Origin: Candidatus Marinacidobacterales bacterium
GTDB taxonomy: Bacteria > Acidobacteriota > Vicinamibacteria > Marinacidobacterales > DATDRI01
DNA: 64,000 bases
NCBI GenBank assembly: GCA_965219415.1
Contig: CBDCNP010000002.1
Span: 2,784,001 to 2,848,000, forward strand
Direction: 5' to 3'
Each line of letters starts with the position of its first letter. The first letter of the stretch is position 1. The position numbers and the translations under genes are program-made. The notes beneath the pieces were generated by a model, which searched no databases, had not been told where the DNA came from, and worked only from the letters and a program-made list of their open reading frames with translations. Shown piece by piece: positions 8,303-17,372 of this stretch.

Positions 8303-9316
8303 TTGATCGAAGTCAATAATATTACAAAAAGATTTGGTCGAACGACCGCAGTCGATGATGTCAGCTTCCAGGTTCGCAAGGGAGAGATCCTGGGTTTTTT
8401 GGGTCCGAACGGGGCAGGAAAAACCACGACGATGCGGATTTTGACTTGTTTCATCCCGGCCACCGAAGGCTCGGCCTCTGTTGCCGGGTTCGACTGCTTC
8501 AAGGAGCCCATGAACGTCAAGAAACGCATCGGCTACCTACCAGAGACACCTCCCTTGTACCCGGAAATGACAGTCGTCGATTACTTGAACTTCGTGGCTC
8601 GCATCAAAGGAATCGCTGCGAATCTGCGCCGGGAGCGGGTGGAGAGCGCCATCGCCAAGTGCGCCATCGCCGATGTTCGAGATCAACAAAACGGTAGGTT
8701 GTCCAAAGGCTACCGGCAACGGGTTGGATTGGCGCAAGCACTCGTCCATGATCCCGAGGTGCTGGTTCTGGACGAGCCCACCGCAGGATTGGACCCGAGA
8801 CAGATCATCGAAACGAGGGAGCTCATCAAGGGTCTTTCCGGCGAGCACACCATCATACTTTCTACCCATATCCTTCCCGAGGTTTCCATGACCTGCGAAC
8901 GGGTCGTCATCATCAATCGCGGTCGGGTTGTCGCGGAGGATACGCCGGAGGGCTTGACCGCGCGCATGCGGGGAGCGGAGATACTGAGCCTCACCGTCGA
9001 CGGCCCGGAAGACGAGGTGCGAAACACGGTGAGCTCTTTATCGGGGGTGGTGCAGATCCAAGCCAAGAGGGCAAGTAATGGCGTCCACACCTTCGAGGTC
9101 GAAACCGCGAGCGGCCACGACATTCGCCGCGAGCTGGCACGAAGTATCGTGCAGGGGGGCTTTGGACTCCTCGAGCTCAAGCAGATGGGGATGAGCCTCG
9201 AGGACGTCTACCTGCAGCTCACCACCAGCGAAAAAGCCGATGCCGGCCCGCCCGAAGAAACCCACACCCCAAATGACAAGGCCGAGAAAGACGACCAAAC
9301 GGAGGAATCGCACTGA
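8303..9316 (+). CDS. ABC transporter ATP-binding protein (GldA-like)
   Basis: GPNGAGKTT Walker A, LSKGYRQRVGLAQAL, LDEPT.GLDP, STHIL.EV. Confidence 0.92.
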   Translation: MIEVNNITKRFGRTTAVDDVSFQVRKGEILGFLGPNGAGKTTTMRILTCFIPATEGSASVAGFDCFKEPMNVKKRIGYLPETPPLYPEMTVVDYLNFVARIKGIAANLRRERVESAIAKCAIADVRDQQNGRLSKGYRQRVGLAQALVHDPEVLVLDEPTAGLDPRQIIETRELIKGLSGEHTIILSTHILPEVSMTCERVVIINRGRVVAEDTPEGLTARMRGAEILSLTVDGPEDEVRNTVSSLSGVVQIQAKRASNGVHTFEVETASGHDIRRELARSIVQGGFGLLELKQMGMSLEDVYLQLTTSEKADAGPPEETHTPNDKAEKDDQTEESH

Positions 9317-10083
9317 TGAAGAACGTCTGGGCCATTTATAGAAGGGAGCTCTCTTCTTACTTCTCCTCATGGATTGCCTACGTGGTGCTGAGCCTCTTCT
9401 TGCTGATCTATGGTTACTTCTTCTACGACTACGTCTATCGATTCATCGACTTCGGCCTTCGCATGTCGCAGATGGGCGGTGGCGGAAGAACACTCAACGT
9501 CAACCAGGATTTGATCCGCTGGCTCTTCCACAGCACCAGCGTGGTCGTTCTCTTCATGATTCCCGGGCTCACCATGAGAAGCTTCGCCGAGGAAAAGCGC
9601 TCCGGCACCATGGAGCTTCTTCTAACCTCACCGATCACAGACTTCCAGCTCGTCCTTGGCAAGTTCCTCGCGGCCTGGACGCTTTACGCTACGATGCTGG
9701 GACTCACTTTCATTCACATGGGCATTCTCTTTTACTTCGGCGAACCGGAATGGAAACCAATCCTGGCCGGCTACCTAGGAATGCTGCTCTTGGGGGGCGC
9801 CTTCGTCTCGTTTGGTGTCCTCTTCAGCAGTTTTACGCGCAACCAGATCGTGGCCGTCTTTTTGTCCTTCAGTGTCTTCCTTTTCTTGTGGCTCATCGAG
9901 TACTCCGAAGCCTGGATGGGAGCGTGGGGGTCGGCGGCTGCCTACATGTCGGTGACCAAACACATTGGGGATTTCGCCAAGGGAGTCATCGACACCAAAG
10001 ACGTCGTCTACTACCTTTCCTTCATAGGCTTCGGACTCTTTCTCTCCACACAGTCGGTGGAGTCTCATCGGTGGAGGGGTTGA
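9316..10083 (+). CDS. ABC-2 permease (GldF-like)
   Basis: REL.SYF.S.IAY, TMRSFAEEKRSGT.ELLLTSP, LGKFLA, T.NQIVA, KGVID.KDVVYY. Confidence 0.88.
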   Translation: MKNVWAIYRRELSSYFSSWIAYVVLSLFLLIYGYFFYDYVYRFIDFGLRMSQMGGGGRTLNVNQDLIRWLFHSTSVVVLFMIPGLTMRSFAEEKRSGTMELLLTSPITDFQLVLGKFLAAWTLYATMLGLTFIHMGILFYFGEPEWKPILAGYLGMLLLGGAFVSFGVLFSSFTRNQIVAVFLSFSVFLFLWLIEYSEAWMGAWGSAAAYMSVTKHIGDFAKGVIDTKDVVYYLSFIGFGLFLSTQSVESHRWRG

Positions 10084-10084
10084 G

Positions 10085-11704
10085 ATGAAGCGCGTCATAC
10101 CGTACGTGGGATCGCTCGCCTGGGGAGTCCTCCTCGCTGGCCTGCTTATCCGGATGTTTCAGCCCGAACGAGAGAAACTCTGGTCGGCTTTCGTTCTGGC
10201 CGGTCTGGTGCTGGCCATCTTCTACCTCGGAACCCGGTGGCGAGACTTGCTCGTCCTCGCTCAAAAACGGGGCGCCCGATACGGCGCCAACTTGGGGCTC
10301 ATGATCCTGCTGGTCGCGGGACTCGTTGCCGGTATCAACTATCTGTCCAATCGTCACAACAAGCGCTGGGATCTCACGGGCTCCCAGCAATACACGCTGT
10401 CCGATCAAGCGGTCACCGTCCTCTCAAATCTCGACCGGGACCTCAAAGTCGTCATATTCGACCGTAAGGATAGCGCTCAAGTGGCACTCGATTTGTTGAC
10501 CGAGTTCGGCTACCACAGCAATCACATCTCCGTGGAGGTGGTCGATCAGGAGGCCGAGCCCGCCAAGACGTCCAAATACCGGACATCGACCGAGGCCAAC
10601 ATCCCCTTCGGAACCATCGTGCTCGACGCTGGAAACAAGGTCGAGAGGGTTACTTTCGCCACCGAGCAAGACCTCGTCAACGCCATCATCAAGGTCATCA
10701 AGGAGGAAAAGAAGAATATCTATTTCCTGGAGGGGCATGGAGAAAAAGACATCGATGACACCGAGATCGGAGTGTCGATCATCAAGACCAAGCTCGAGGA
10801 GTCGAACTACCAGGTGGCCAAGTTCCATCCCCTTCAATCGATGACGGAGGGGAAAATACAGTTCCCCGAAGATGCCACGGCTCTGATCATCGCCGGCCCG
10901 CAAAGAGATTATCTTCCAGCCGAGATCGATGCGTTGCGGGATTATCTGAACGCCGGGGGCAAGGTGCTCTTCCTGATCGATCCGGAAAACCAGGGTGAAA
11001 AGCCGAATCTGGTGGCGCTCCTCAAAGACTTCAACGTCGTGATGGAGAACAACGTGGTTATCGATGTCTCGGGGGTCGGCCAGCTCTTCGGTTTCGGCCC
11101 CGAGGTCCCGCTGGTCGCGAGCTACAGCGCGCATCCGATCACCGAAAAGTTCGCGAACGCTCCCACTGTCTACCCTTTCGTTCGCACCGTCGATTCTTCG
11201 GATTCCATGGCAGAAGGAATCACCGTCGACGCCTTGGTGAGCTCTTCCCCCAATAGTTGGGCGGAGGAGGATTTCGACGCCCTGGCCGAAGGGAGCGTCT
11301 CCGCCGACGACGGCGAACGTGAAGGGCCACTCGATCTTGCGGTCGCGATCACCATCGAAGTCGAAAAACCCTCTGAGCCCCCTGAGACTGACTCCGAGAA
11401 TGACCCCGCGGATGGCAGCAGCGATGCGGCCACGCCGCAAGGCCGCGCGGTGGTGGTGGGCGATTCGGACTTCATCGCCGACAGCTTGGTGGGAGCGCCG
11501 GTCGCGAACCTCGACCTCTTCATCAATATGGTGAACTGGATCGCCGAAGACGAAGACCTCATTTCCATCCGGCCCCGGGAGGCCGACGATCGGAGGATCT
11601 TCTTGAACGCCCAGCAGCAGAAAAACGTCGCCTACCTATCCCTCTTGTTCATTCCTGGATTGGTCTTGGTGGCAGGAATATCGGTTTGGTGGGGAAGAAG
11701 ATAA
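10085..11704 (+). CDS. GldG-like ABC-type uncharacterised transport component
   Basis: N-terminal TM helices, RWDLT...YTLS, YFLEGHGE, LIIAGP, VVGDSDF, N.DLF.N.VNW, C-terminal TM ending WWGRR. Confidence 0.85.
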   Translation: MKRVIPYVGSLAWGVLLAGLLIRMFQPEREKLWSAFVLAGLVLAIFYLGTRWRDLLVLAQKRGARYGANLGLMILLVAGLVAGINYLSNRHNKRWDLTGSQQYTLSDQAVTVLSNLDRDLKVVIFDRKDSAQVALDLLTEFGYHSNHISVEVVDQEAEPAKTSKYRTSTEANIPFGTIVLDAGNKVERVTFATEQDLVNAIIKVIKEEKKNIYFLEGHGEKDIDDTEIGVSIIKTKLEESNYQVAKFHPLQSMTEGKIQFPEDATALIIAGPQRDYLPAEIDALRDYLNAGGKVLFLIDPENQGEKPNLVALLKDFNVVMENNVVIDVSGVGQLFGFGPEVPLVASYSAHPITEKFANAPTVYPFVRTVDSSDSMAEGITVDALVSSSPNSWAEEDFDALAEGSVSADDGEREGPLDLAVAITIEVEKPSEPPETDSENDPADGSSDAATPQGRAVVVGDSDFIADSLVGAPVANLDLFINMVNWIAEDEDLISIRPREADDRRIFLNAQQQKNVAYLSLLFIPGLVLVAGISVWWGRR

Positions 11705-11705
11705 C

Positions 11706-13115
11706 ATGAGCCCCAAGACCACCATCTTGCTGGCCGTCATTTTCGCCGCACTGGCTGCATACATCTACCGCTACGAATGGGAGCCGGTCGAGACGGAGTC
11801 GAATCCCGATCGGGAAGCGATCTTCGAGATCGAAGCCGAGAAGATCCAGAGTATCCAAATCCGGAGGCAAGAGGGCGAGCACCTCCAGCTTGAACGTCGC
11901 GGCGAGGACGATTGGCAATTGTTGGCGCCGGTGGACGCCGCCGCCGACCGTACCGCCTCCGACTCGCTTGCGGAGAGCATCGCTACCCTCGAAAGTGAAC
12001 GGGTGATATCGGAGGGAGAAGCCAACCTGGCCGATTTCGGCCTAGACACCCCAAAGTTCGAGCTCGAATTTCAAGAAGTGGACGCGGAAACGACCACGAC
12101 GATTCACATCGGCGACGAGACTCCTATCGGTAGCAATCTCTACGCCCGGTTGGCCGACGGCGAGAAGATCTTCGTGATCGCCTCGAGCAAGGAATACGGC
12201 CTGAACAAAAAGGCTTGGGACCTCCGCGACAAGTCTCTTTTTCGATTCGAGCGCGACGAAGTGGAGAAGGTCATCCTGAAGCAAGCGGGTCGAGAGATCG
12301 TCCTGGCAAAAGCGGGTGGGGACTTTTGGAATATCGTGGAACCCACATTTTCTCGAGCCGATCGCTACAAGGCCGGCGGGTTGGTCTCCAAGTTAGAAAC
12401 GGCGAAGATGGAGGAGATCATCTCCGAGGCAGTCGAAGAATGGAGCGAATACGGCCTCGACGCACCCAGCTACCAGGTCGAGGTTCGGCTCGAGGGTGGC
12501 CTCACCGAAACCCTTCTCGTTGGCAAGGAGAAGGACAGCCGTTACTACGCACGCAACCCGGACCGTCCCATGGCTTACTTGATCGCATCGAGGCTAGTCG
12601 ACGACATCAAGAAGGAACCAGGCGAATACGTTTCTAAAAAACTCTTCGATTTCGCCACCTACCAAGTCAACAAGTTCCAGATTTCTTCGCCCGAGGGGCC
12701 GGACCGAATCGTCGAGAAGTTCAAGCAGGACGAACAGGACGTTTGGAAAGAGACCGCTCCCGAGCCTCAAGATCTAGACCGCACCAAGGTCGAAGACCTG
12801 CTCTATAAACTCAACGGAAGCGAGGCCGAGGAGACGCTCGCCGAGGGGCCGGGAGCAAGCCCGCCCGACTACACCATTACCGTATGGTCGAAGGACAGTA
12901 AGCAAGTCGAAGAAGTCGCGGTCGCGATATCGGAAGCCGACACAATCTACGCGCGTCGCAAGGGAGACGAGCTCGCCTTGAAGCTCAACCCCTCGAGCTG
13001 GGAAGAGATCGAAAAGCTAATGGCCTTCGAGGAGGAAGCCCCGCCGCCTGACGGGCCTGACCGGCATGACGGGAAAGACGACGAAAACGAGGATAAACAA
13101 GAGAGCGATCAGTAA
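11706..13115 (+). CDS. DUF4340-like membrane-anchored periplasmic protein
   Basis: N-terminal TM; repeated units W....P...AD / FGLD.P / YAR / LRDK.LF; usual neighbour of GldAFG-like modules. Confidence 0.7.
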   Translation: MSPKTTILLAVIFAALAAYIYRYEWEPVETESNPDREAIFEIEAEKIQSIQIRRQEGEHLQLERRGEDDWQLLAPVDAAADRTASDSLAESIATLESERVISEGEANLADFGLDTPKFELEFQEVDAETTTTIHIGDETPIGSNLYARLADGEKIFVIASSKEYGLNKKAWDLRDKSLFRFERDEVEKVILKQAGREIVLAKAGGDFWNIVEPTFSRADRYKAGGLVSKLETAKMEEIISEAVEEWSEYGLDAPSYQVEVRLEGGLTETLLVGKEKDSRYYARNPDRPMAYLIASRLVDDIKKEPGEYVSKKLFDFATYQVNKFQISSPEGPDRIVEKFKQDEQDVWKETAPEPQDLDRTKVEDLLYKLNGSEAEETLAEGPGASPPDYTITVWSKDSKQVEEVAVAISEADTIYARRKGDELALKLNPSSWEEIEKLMAFEEEAPPPDGPDRHDGKDDENEDKQESDQ

Positions 13116-13119
13116 TCGT

Positions 13120-13947
13120 TCAGTCCTCTTCGTAGAGGTCTTTAGCCCGGTCGGCCGCTTTGACCACCGCCTTGATCAACGTGACCCGCAACTTCCCTTC
13201 TTCCAGCTCCAGGATTCCGTCGATCGTACAACCCGCCGGGGTGGTTACCGCATCCTTGAGTAAAGCGGGGTGATCTCCGGTCTCCAGAACCTGCCGCGCC
13301 GACCCAAGCATCGTTTGCGCCGCCAGTAGGGTGGCAACCTCCCGTGGAAGTCCCAGCTTGACGCCAGCCTCCGCCAAGGACTCGAGAATGACATAGATGA
13401 ATGCCGGTCCACTCGCCGAAAGCCCGGTTACCGCGTCCAAGTGCTTTTCGTCGATCCTGGCGGCTCTTCCCACGGTATTGAAGATCCGCTCGCTGAGCTC
13501 GAGATGACGTGGCTCCGCAAACCGCCCGCGAGAGATCGCGGTCATTCCTTCCCCTACAGAGCAGGGCGTGTTAGGCATGGCGCGAACGACCGGGATATCG
13601 GCCGACAAGAATTTCTCGATGCTTCGTGTAGGCACCGAGGCGGCCACCGACACCACCAGCTTCGAGGCATCCACCTCTGGTCGGATGTCCTCACACACTT
13701 CGGGAACGGTCTGTGGCTTGACGCAGATCAAGACGATATCGGCGTTTCTCGCCGCGGCGCGATTTTCGGTCCCAACGTCGATACCCAATTCATCGGAGAG
13801 CCGCTTGGCCCGTTCCGCGTGCCGGACGGTGGCTACCGTGTTTTTCGGCAAGAACAGCTTCTGCTTCAGTAGCGCCTGGAGCAGGATGCCGCCCATCTTG
13901 CCGAGCCCCAAAATGGCGATTCTTCTCTTGGACAGGTCTTCTACCAC
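13120..13947 (-). CDS. proC: Pyrroline-5-carboxylate reductase
   Basis: GLGKMG, VKPQ, RAMPNTP, SASGPAF, VTTPAGCTI.G. Confidence 0.95.
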   Translation of the reverse strand: MVEDLSKRRIAILGLGKMGGILLQALLKQKLFLPKNTVATVRHAERAKRLSDELGIDVGTENRAAARNADIVLICVKPQTVPEVCEDIRPEVDASKLVVSVAASVPTRSIEKFLSADIPVVRAMPNTPCSVGEGMTAISRGRFAEPRHLELSERIFNTVGRAARIDEKHLDAVTGLSASGPAFIYVILESLAEAGVKLGLPREVATLLAAQTMLGSARQVLETGDHPALLKDAVTTPAGCTIDGILELEEGKLRVTLIKAVVKAADRAKDLYEED

Positions 13948-13953
13948 GTTCCC

Positions 13954-15132
13954 TCAGTCCTTTCTGTCTACCAGAGTAGCTCGATTCACCGCTCGATCGC
14001 CAAATCGCTGCTGGATCGAGTCCATCGACACATTCAACCGCCGCCTCTTCTCATCCGGCTCGAACAAGCGTAGCTGTCGAGGAGCCGCATGTAGATCTTG
14101 AAGCCTAGAGCCATAGATACCCAGGAGACGAACCTTGTGGTCTCGAGAGCGCACGCGACCCAAGAGCTGAAGTGCGATGCGGAAGATCTCACTCGCATCG
14201 TCTGTCGGATCGGGCAACGTCGAACTCCGGGTCTCGGTCACGAAATCTTCGTCTCGGAATTTGAGCGTCAAGCCTCCTGCGAGAAGCTCCTGCTTGCGCA
14301 GTCGGCGAGCTACCGCTTCCGACAACTCCAACAGGGTCTGCCGTACCTTCTTCGGGTCATTGGTATCTTCCTCGAATGTCCTCTCTTGGCCGAGCGACTT
14401 CCATTCGTGCTCGGGCTGAACCGGACGGTCGTCGATCCCGTGGGCCAGACTATGAAGATGGCGACCGTGCTTCCCGAAACGCTCGTCGAGCTCGGCAAAA
14501 GACAGACGGGCGATGTCCCGGATCTTGTACAGACCCAGTTTGTGAAGCTCCTCGGCGGTTCGCGGGCCCACCCCCCACAAGCGCTCGACCGGAAGGTCTC
14601 TGAGGAAATCCTCTTCCTGTCCGGGCTCGACCTCCACCAGACCGTCTGGTTTCTCCAAGTCGGATGCGATCTTGGCGAGAAACTTGTTCGGTGCGATTCC
14701 GACGGATGCGTTGAGTCTCTCTTGTTCTCGAATGCGCCTTTTTATCTCGACAGCGAGCTGCCGACGCTCCCCGAACAACCCCGTGCTTCCGGTTACGTCG
14801 AGAAACGCTTCGTCGATCGAGATCTGTTCCACGAGATCAGTAAATCCCTTGAGCAGCTCCATGATCCGACGGGAGACTTCCGCGTACTTGCGCATATTGC
14901 CTCGCAAGTAAATAGCTTGCGGGCACCTTCGGTAGGCTCGAGAAATCGGCATCGCGGAATGCAGTCCGAACTCGCGCGCTTCGTACGACGCCGCCGCTAC
15001 GACACCACGGCCTCGCCCACCACGAGGGTTGGCGCCCACCACGACCGGCTTGCCTTGGTATTCCGGATGGTCCCTCTGTTCCACCGACGCGTAGAACGCA
15101 TCCATGTCCAAGTGGAGGATGATGCGTGACAT
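13954..15132 (-). CDS. dinB: DNA polymerase IV (Y family)
   Basis: HLDMDAFYASVE, ASYEAR.FG, SIDEAFLD, KFLAKIASD..KPDG, C-terminal clamp motif QLRLF. Confidence 0.96.
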   Translation of the reverse strand: MSRIILHLDMDAFYASVEQRDHPEYQGKPVVVGANPRGGRGRGVVAAASYEAREFGLHSAMPISRAYRRCPQAIYLRGNMRKYAEVSRRIMELLKGFTDLVEQISIDEAFLDVTGSTGLFGERRQLAVEIKRRIREQERLNASVGIAPNKFLAKIASDLEKPDGLVEVEPGQEEDFLRDLPVERLWGVGPRTAEELHKLGLYKIRDIARLSFAELDERFGKHGRHLHSLAHGIDDRPVQPEHEWKSLGQERTFEEDTNDPKKVRQTLLELSEAVARRLRKQELLAGGLTLKFRDEDFVTETRSSTLPDPTDDASEIFRIALQLLGRVRSRDHKVRLLGIYGSRLQDLHAAPRQLRLFEPDEKRRRLNVSMDSIQQRFGDRAVNRATLVDRKD

Positions 15133-15171
15133 GGTCGAATCTCTGATGTGAGAGGCGGTGCCGGCCCGCCC

Positions 15172-15714
15172 CTATTTTTCTCCGGGTAGATACTTCCCGG
15201 GGATAGGTTTTTCTGGACTCTCGTTGACCCAGAAGATCGTAACGATCCACCAGCGATCGCCGTCCTTCAGAAGCTGAATGCTATTGATGCCGCGGCCGAC
15301 ATCCTCAGCGGGGGATCGGCGAGTCTCGTAGGTGCTGAACGCGTGGGTGATGTTTCCGAAACTCTCGGTGGTGCGGGCGACCTCGCTCTCGTAGAAAGCG
15401 TTCTCTTTGAAGTACCGACCAGAACCTTGAATGTAACCCTCGACCGTCGACACCCTCGCCTCGGCACCTCCGCCTTCTGTGCCACGGGTCGGAATGAGTC
15501 GGGCGTCCGGTGCAAAAAGAGAACGGGACCGATCCCAATCTCGATCCCCCGCCGGGCCAGAGATCACTTCATAGAGCGTCTCGATAATGGCGTCGATCGA
15601 AACGACATCGTCGGCGCGAGCGTCAGGAGGCTCCGCGTTCTCCTGTGCGAGAGACATGGGAGAGAGCAACGTACACGAGACGACAAAGGCGATTCCAAGC
15701 TGACAGTTCTTCAA
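15172..15714 (-). CDS. Secreted hypothetical protein (NTF2/SnoaL-like fold suspected)
   Basis: TTG start with GGAG RBS gives a signal peptide ending SLA-Q; core SIDAII..LY.VISGPAG.RDWDR..LF..FGNI.HAFSTYE..RGINSIQL..RWWI. Confidence 0.65.
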   Translation of the reverse strand: MKNCQLGIAFVVSCTLLSPMSLAQENAEPPDARADDVVSIDAIIETLYEVISGPAGDRDWDRSRSLFAPDARLIPTRGTEGGGAEARVSTVEGYIQGSGRYFKENAFYESEVARTTESFGNITHAFSTYETRRSPAEDVGRGINSIQLLKDGDRWWIVTIFWVNESPEKPIPGKYLPGEK

Positions 15715-15754
15715 TTGGGAACTCCTTTTTCTTCCTCCCCGTAGAAAGGCGGAG

Positions 15755-16108
15755 TCAGTGACCCAGCTTCCTACAGTAGCCGCTGTTGTAGCAAGGTCGA
15801 TGCGGCTCGATAAGGCAGGGTTTCTGGAGCGGGAGGTCCATGTCCTCGTAGCAATCTGAGACCGCGGGGCCTTGGGCGATGGCGAGTTGCGAGGGATGGA
15901 CGGAGAGTTGGCTTGGTCCAGTCTCCCTCTCCCTTCCGCCTTCGCTAAAAGCTTCGGCGGACCCGCCGAAGTCGTTGGGACGGACACGGACGGAGGCGGG
16001 CCGGGAAAGGGGGCGAGCACCGGACGTCGGGCCGAGGCCCAATTTTTGCTCGAGCGCTTGCCGCACCAACGCACGGACCCTGTTGGGGTCGACGGAGCCG
16101 GAGCTCAT
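15755..16108 (-). CDS. Small BMC-locus protein: putative N-terminal encapsulation peptide plus C-terminal Cys/His cluster
   Basis: Start overlaps the stop of the upstream BMC-P gene. Amphipathic DPNRVRALVRQALEQKLG; C-terminal C..CLIEPHRPCYNSGYCRKLGH. Confidence 0.65.
   Translation of the reverse strand: MSSGSVDPNRVRALVRQALEQKLGLGPTSGARPLSRPASVRVRPNDFGGSAEAFSEGGRERETGPSQLSVHPSQLAIAQGPAVSDCYEDMDLPLQKPCLIEPHRPCYNSGYCRKLGH
15925..15972. repeat. Palindromic repeat copy inside a coding sequence
   Basis: CCCTCTCCCTTCCGCCTTCGCTAAAAGCTTCGGCGGACCCGCCGAAGT matches the reverse complement of 36685-36731 except GCTAAAAGC vs GCTGAAGC. Confidence 0.85.
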
Positions 16109-16374
16109 CCTAGATCCACGCTGTCGACCACGCCGACGATGGCGGCATCCACCGGCCCTGACGAGCGTCCCAACGCCTTGCCCGCGGCACGGCCTTCCAT
16201 GACGACGAGTACGCGGTCACCAACTCCTGCGTCCACCGAATCGATGGCCAACAATCGTCTCCCTTGTGGCGTACCCTCGAGATCGAGAGGTTGAACGAGG
16301 AGCAGCTTCCTTCCTTCCATCTTATAGTGCTTCACAGTGGAAACCACCGTACCCACCACCTCACCGATAATCAC
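16105..16374 (-). CDS. BMC vertex pentamer (EutN/CcmL family) #3
   Basis: G.VVGTVVSTVK, KLLLVQP, AIDSVDAGVGDRVLV, PVDAAIVGVVD. Confidence 0.93.
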   Translation of the reverse strand: MIIGEVVGTVVSTVKHYKMEGRKLLLVQPLDLEGTPQGRRLLAIDSVDAGVGDRVLVVMEGRAAGKALGRSSGPVDAAIVGVVDSVDLG

Positions 16375-16638
16375 TCACGAGTCCTCACGGTCCACCTTAC
16401 CCACGATCCCCACATCGGCGGGCACCTTGGAAGGAAGAAAAAGGAAGGAGGCTTCTTTGCCCCTCACGCAGAATACTTCTTCTCCGACCCCGACCCCGAC
16501 TCCGTCGAGCGCGATCAACGGCTCCCCTTCGGGAGCACCTTTCCCGCCGAGAGGTTGAACGATAAGAAGCTTGTGGGAGACGAGGCCGGCGTCTTTCATG
16601 GTGGCCACGACGTTGCCGATGACCTTGGCCACGAACAT
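16375..16638 (-). CDS. BMC vertex pentamer (EutN/CcmL family) #2
   Basis: AKVIGNVVATMK, KLLIVQPL, ALDGVGVGVGEEVF, PADVGIVGKVD. Confidence 0.92.
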   Translation of the reverse strand: MFVAKVIGNVVATMKDAGLVSHKLLIVQPLGGKGAPEGEPLIALDGVGVGVGEEVFCVRGKEASFLFLPSKVPADVGIVGKVDREDS

Positions 16639-16648
16639 AGCCTTCGTC

Positions 16649-16951
16649 TCAGTTCGACTGCGCGTGAGCCCCCGCCAGGGCGGCCGAGGCCAGCTCGATG
16701 GAGTCGATGATCCCCACCACTGCAGCGTCTACCGGCCGGTCCGTACAGCCCGTCGACATCCTCGCCGAACTGCCCGAGACCAGGAGCACCAGCTCGCCTA
16801 CACCAGCGTCCACGGTGTCCACGGCAACAACGTAGGAGTTTTTTTTCGCGCCGTCGGGCCCCACTGCCCGTACGACGAGGAGCTTGAACCCCTCCAGCTG
16901 CTCGTCCTTTCGGGTGGCTACGACCGTACCCACCACTCTACCCAGCGTCAT
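16649..16951 (-). CDS. BMC vertex pentamer (EutN/CcmL family) #1
   Basis: GRVVGTVVATRK, AVDTVDAGVGELVL.VSGSSAR, PVDAAVVGIID. Confidence 0.94.
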   Translation of the reverse strand: MTLGRVVGTVVATRKDEQLEGFKLLVVRAVGPDGAKKNSYVVAVDTVDAGVGELVLLVSGSSARMSTGCTDRPVDAAVVGIIDSIELASAALAGAHAQSN

Positions 16952-16977
16952 CGATTGAGCTCGTTATGCCTCGCAGG

Positions 16978-17277
16978 CTAAGACTTGGTGCTCTTTCCGA
17001 TCGGCAGGGCGTCCTCCAGGCTGGAATGAGGCCTCGGAATCACATGCACCGATATGAGCTCGCCGACCCGGCGGGCCGCTGCCGCTCCGGCGTCGGTTGC
17101 CGCTTTGCAGGCCGCCACGTCGCCTCGCACGAGTGCGGTGACATATCCGGCTCCAATCTTCTCGTAGCCAACGAGGGTGACTTTGGCCGCCTTGACCATG
17201 GCGTCGGACGCCTCGATCATCGCCACTAGTCCTCTGGTCTCGATCATTCCCAGCGCTTCACCTAAGGGTTCCGCCAT
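16978..17277 (-). CDS. BMC shell hexamer (EutM/PduA-like BMC-H)
   Basis: [10 protein letters not shown]...[34 protein letters not shown]; strong GGAGG RBS. Confidence 0.96.
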   Translation of the reverse strand: MAEPLGEALGMIETRGLVAMIEASDAMVKAAKVTLVGYEKIGAGYVTALVRGDVAACKAATDAGAAAARRVGELISVHVIPRPHSSLEDALPIGKSTKS

Positions 17278-17372
17278 GATTCCTCCCTAATCCTCCTCGG
17301 TAGTATTGCCCAATTTAGTTTTGTCGTGTTCTTGTAACACAGTTCCCATTCGTTCCGTAATCGTTTGCCCGG

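Noticed and set aside
14098-15129. 343 aa plus-strand ORF (and similar long ORFs at 10424-11440, 32594-33484, 35027-36151)
   Set aside because: Antisense shadows of well-supported genes, expected in high-GC DNA; no recognisable motifs.
15715-16074. N-terminal extension of the 300 aa ORF 15172..16074
   Set aside because: Overlaps the BMC small protein in another frame; a TTG at 15714 with RBS and signal peptide explains the gene better.
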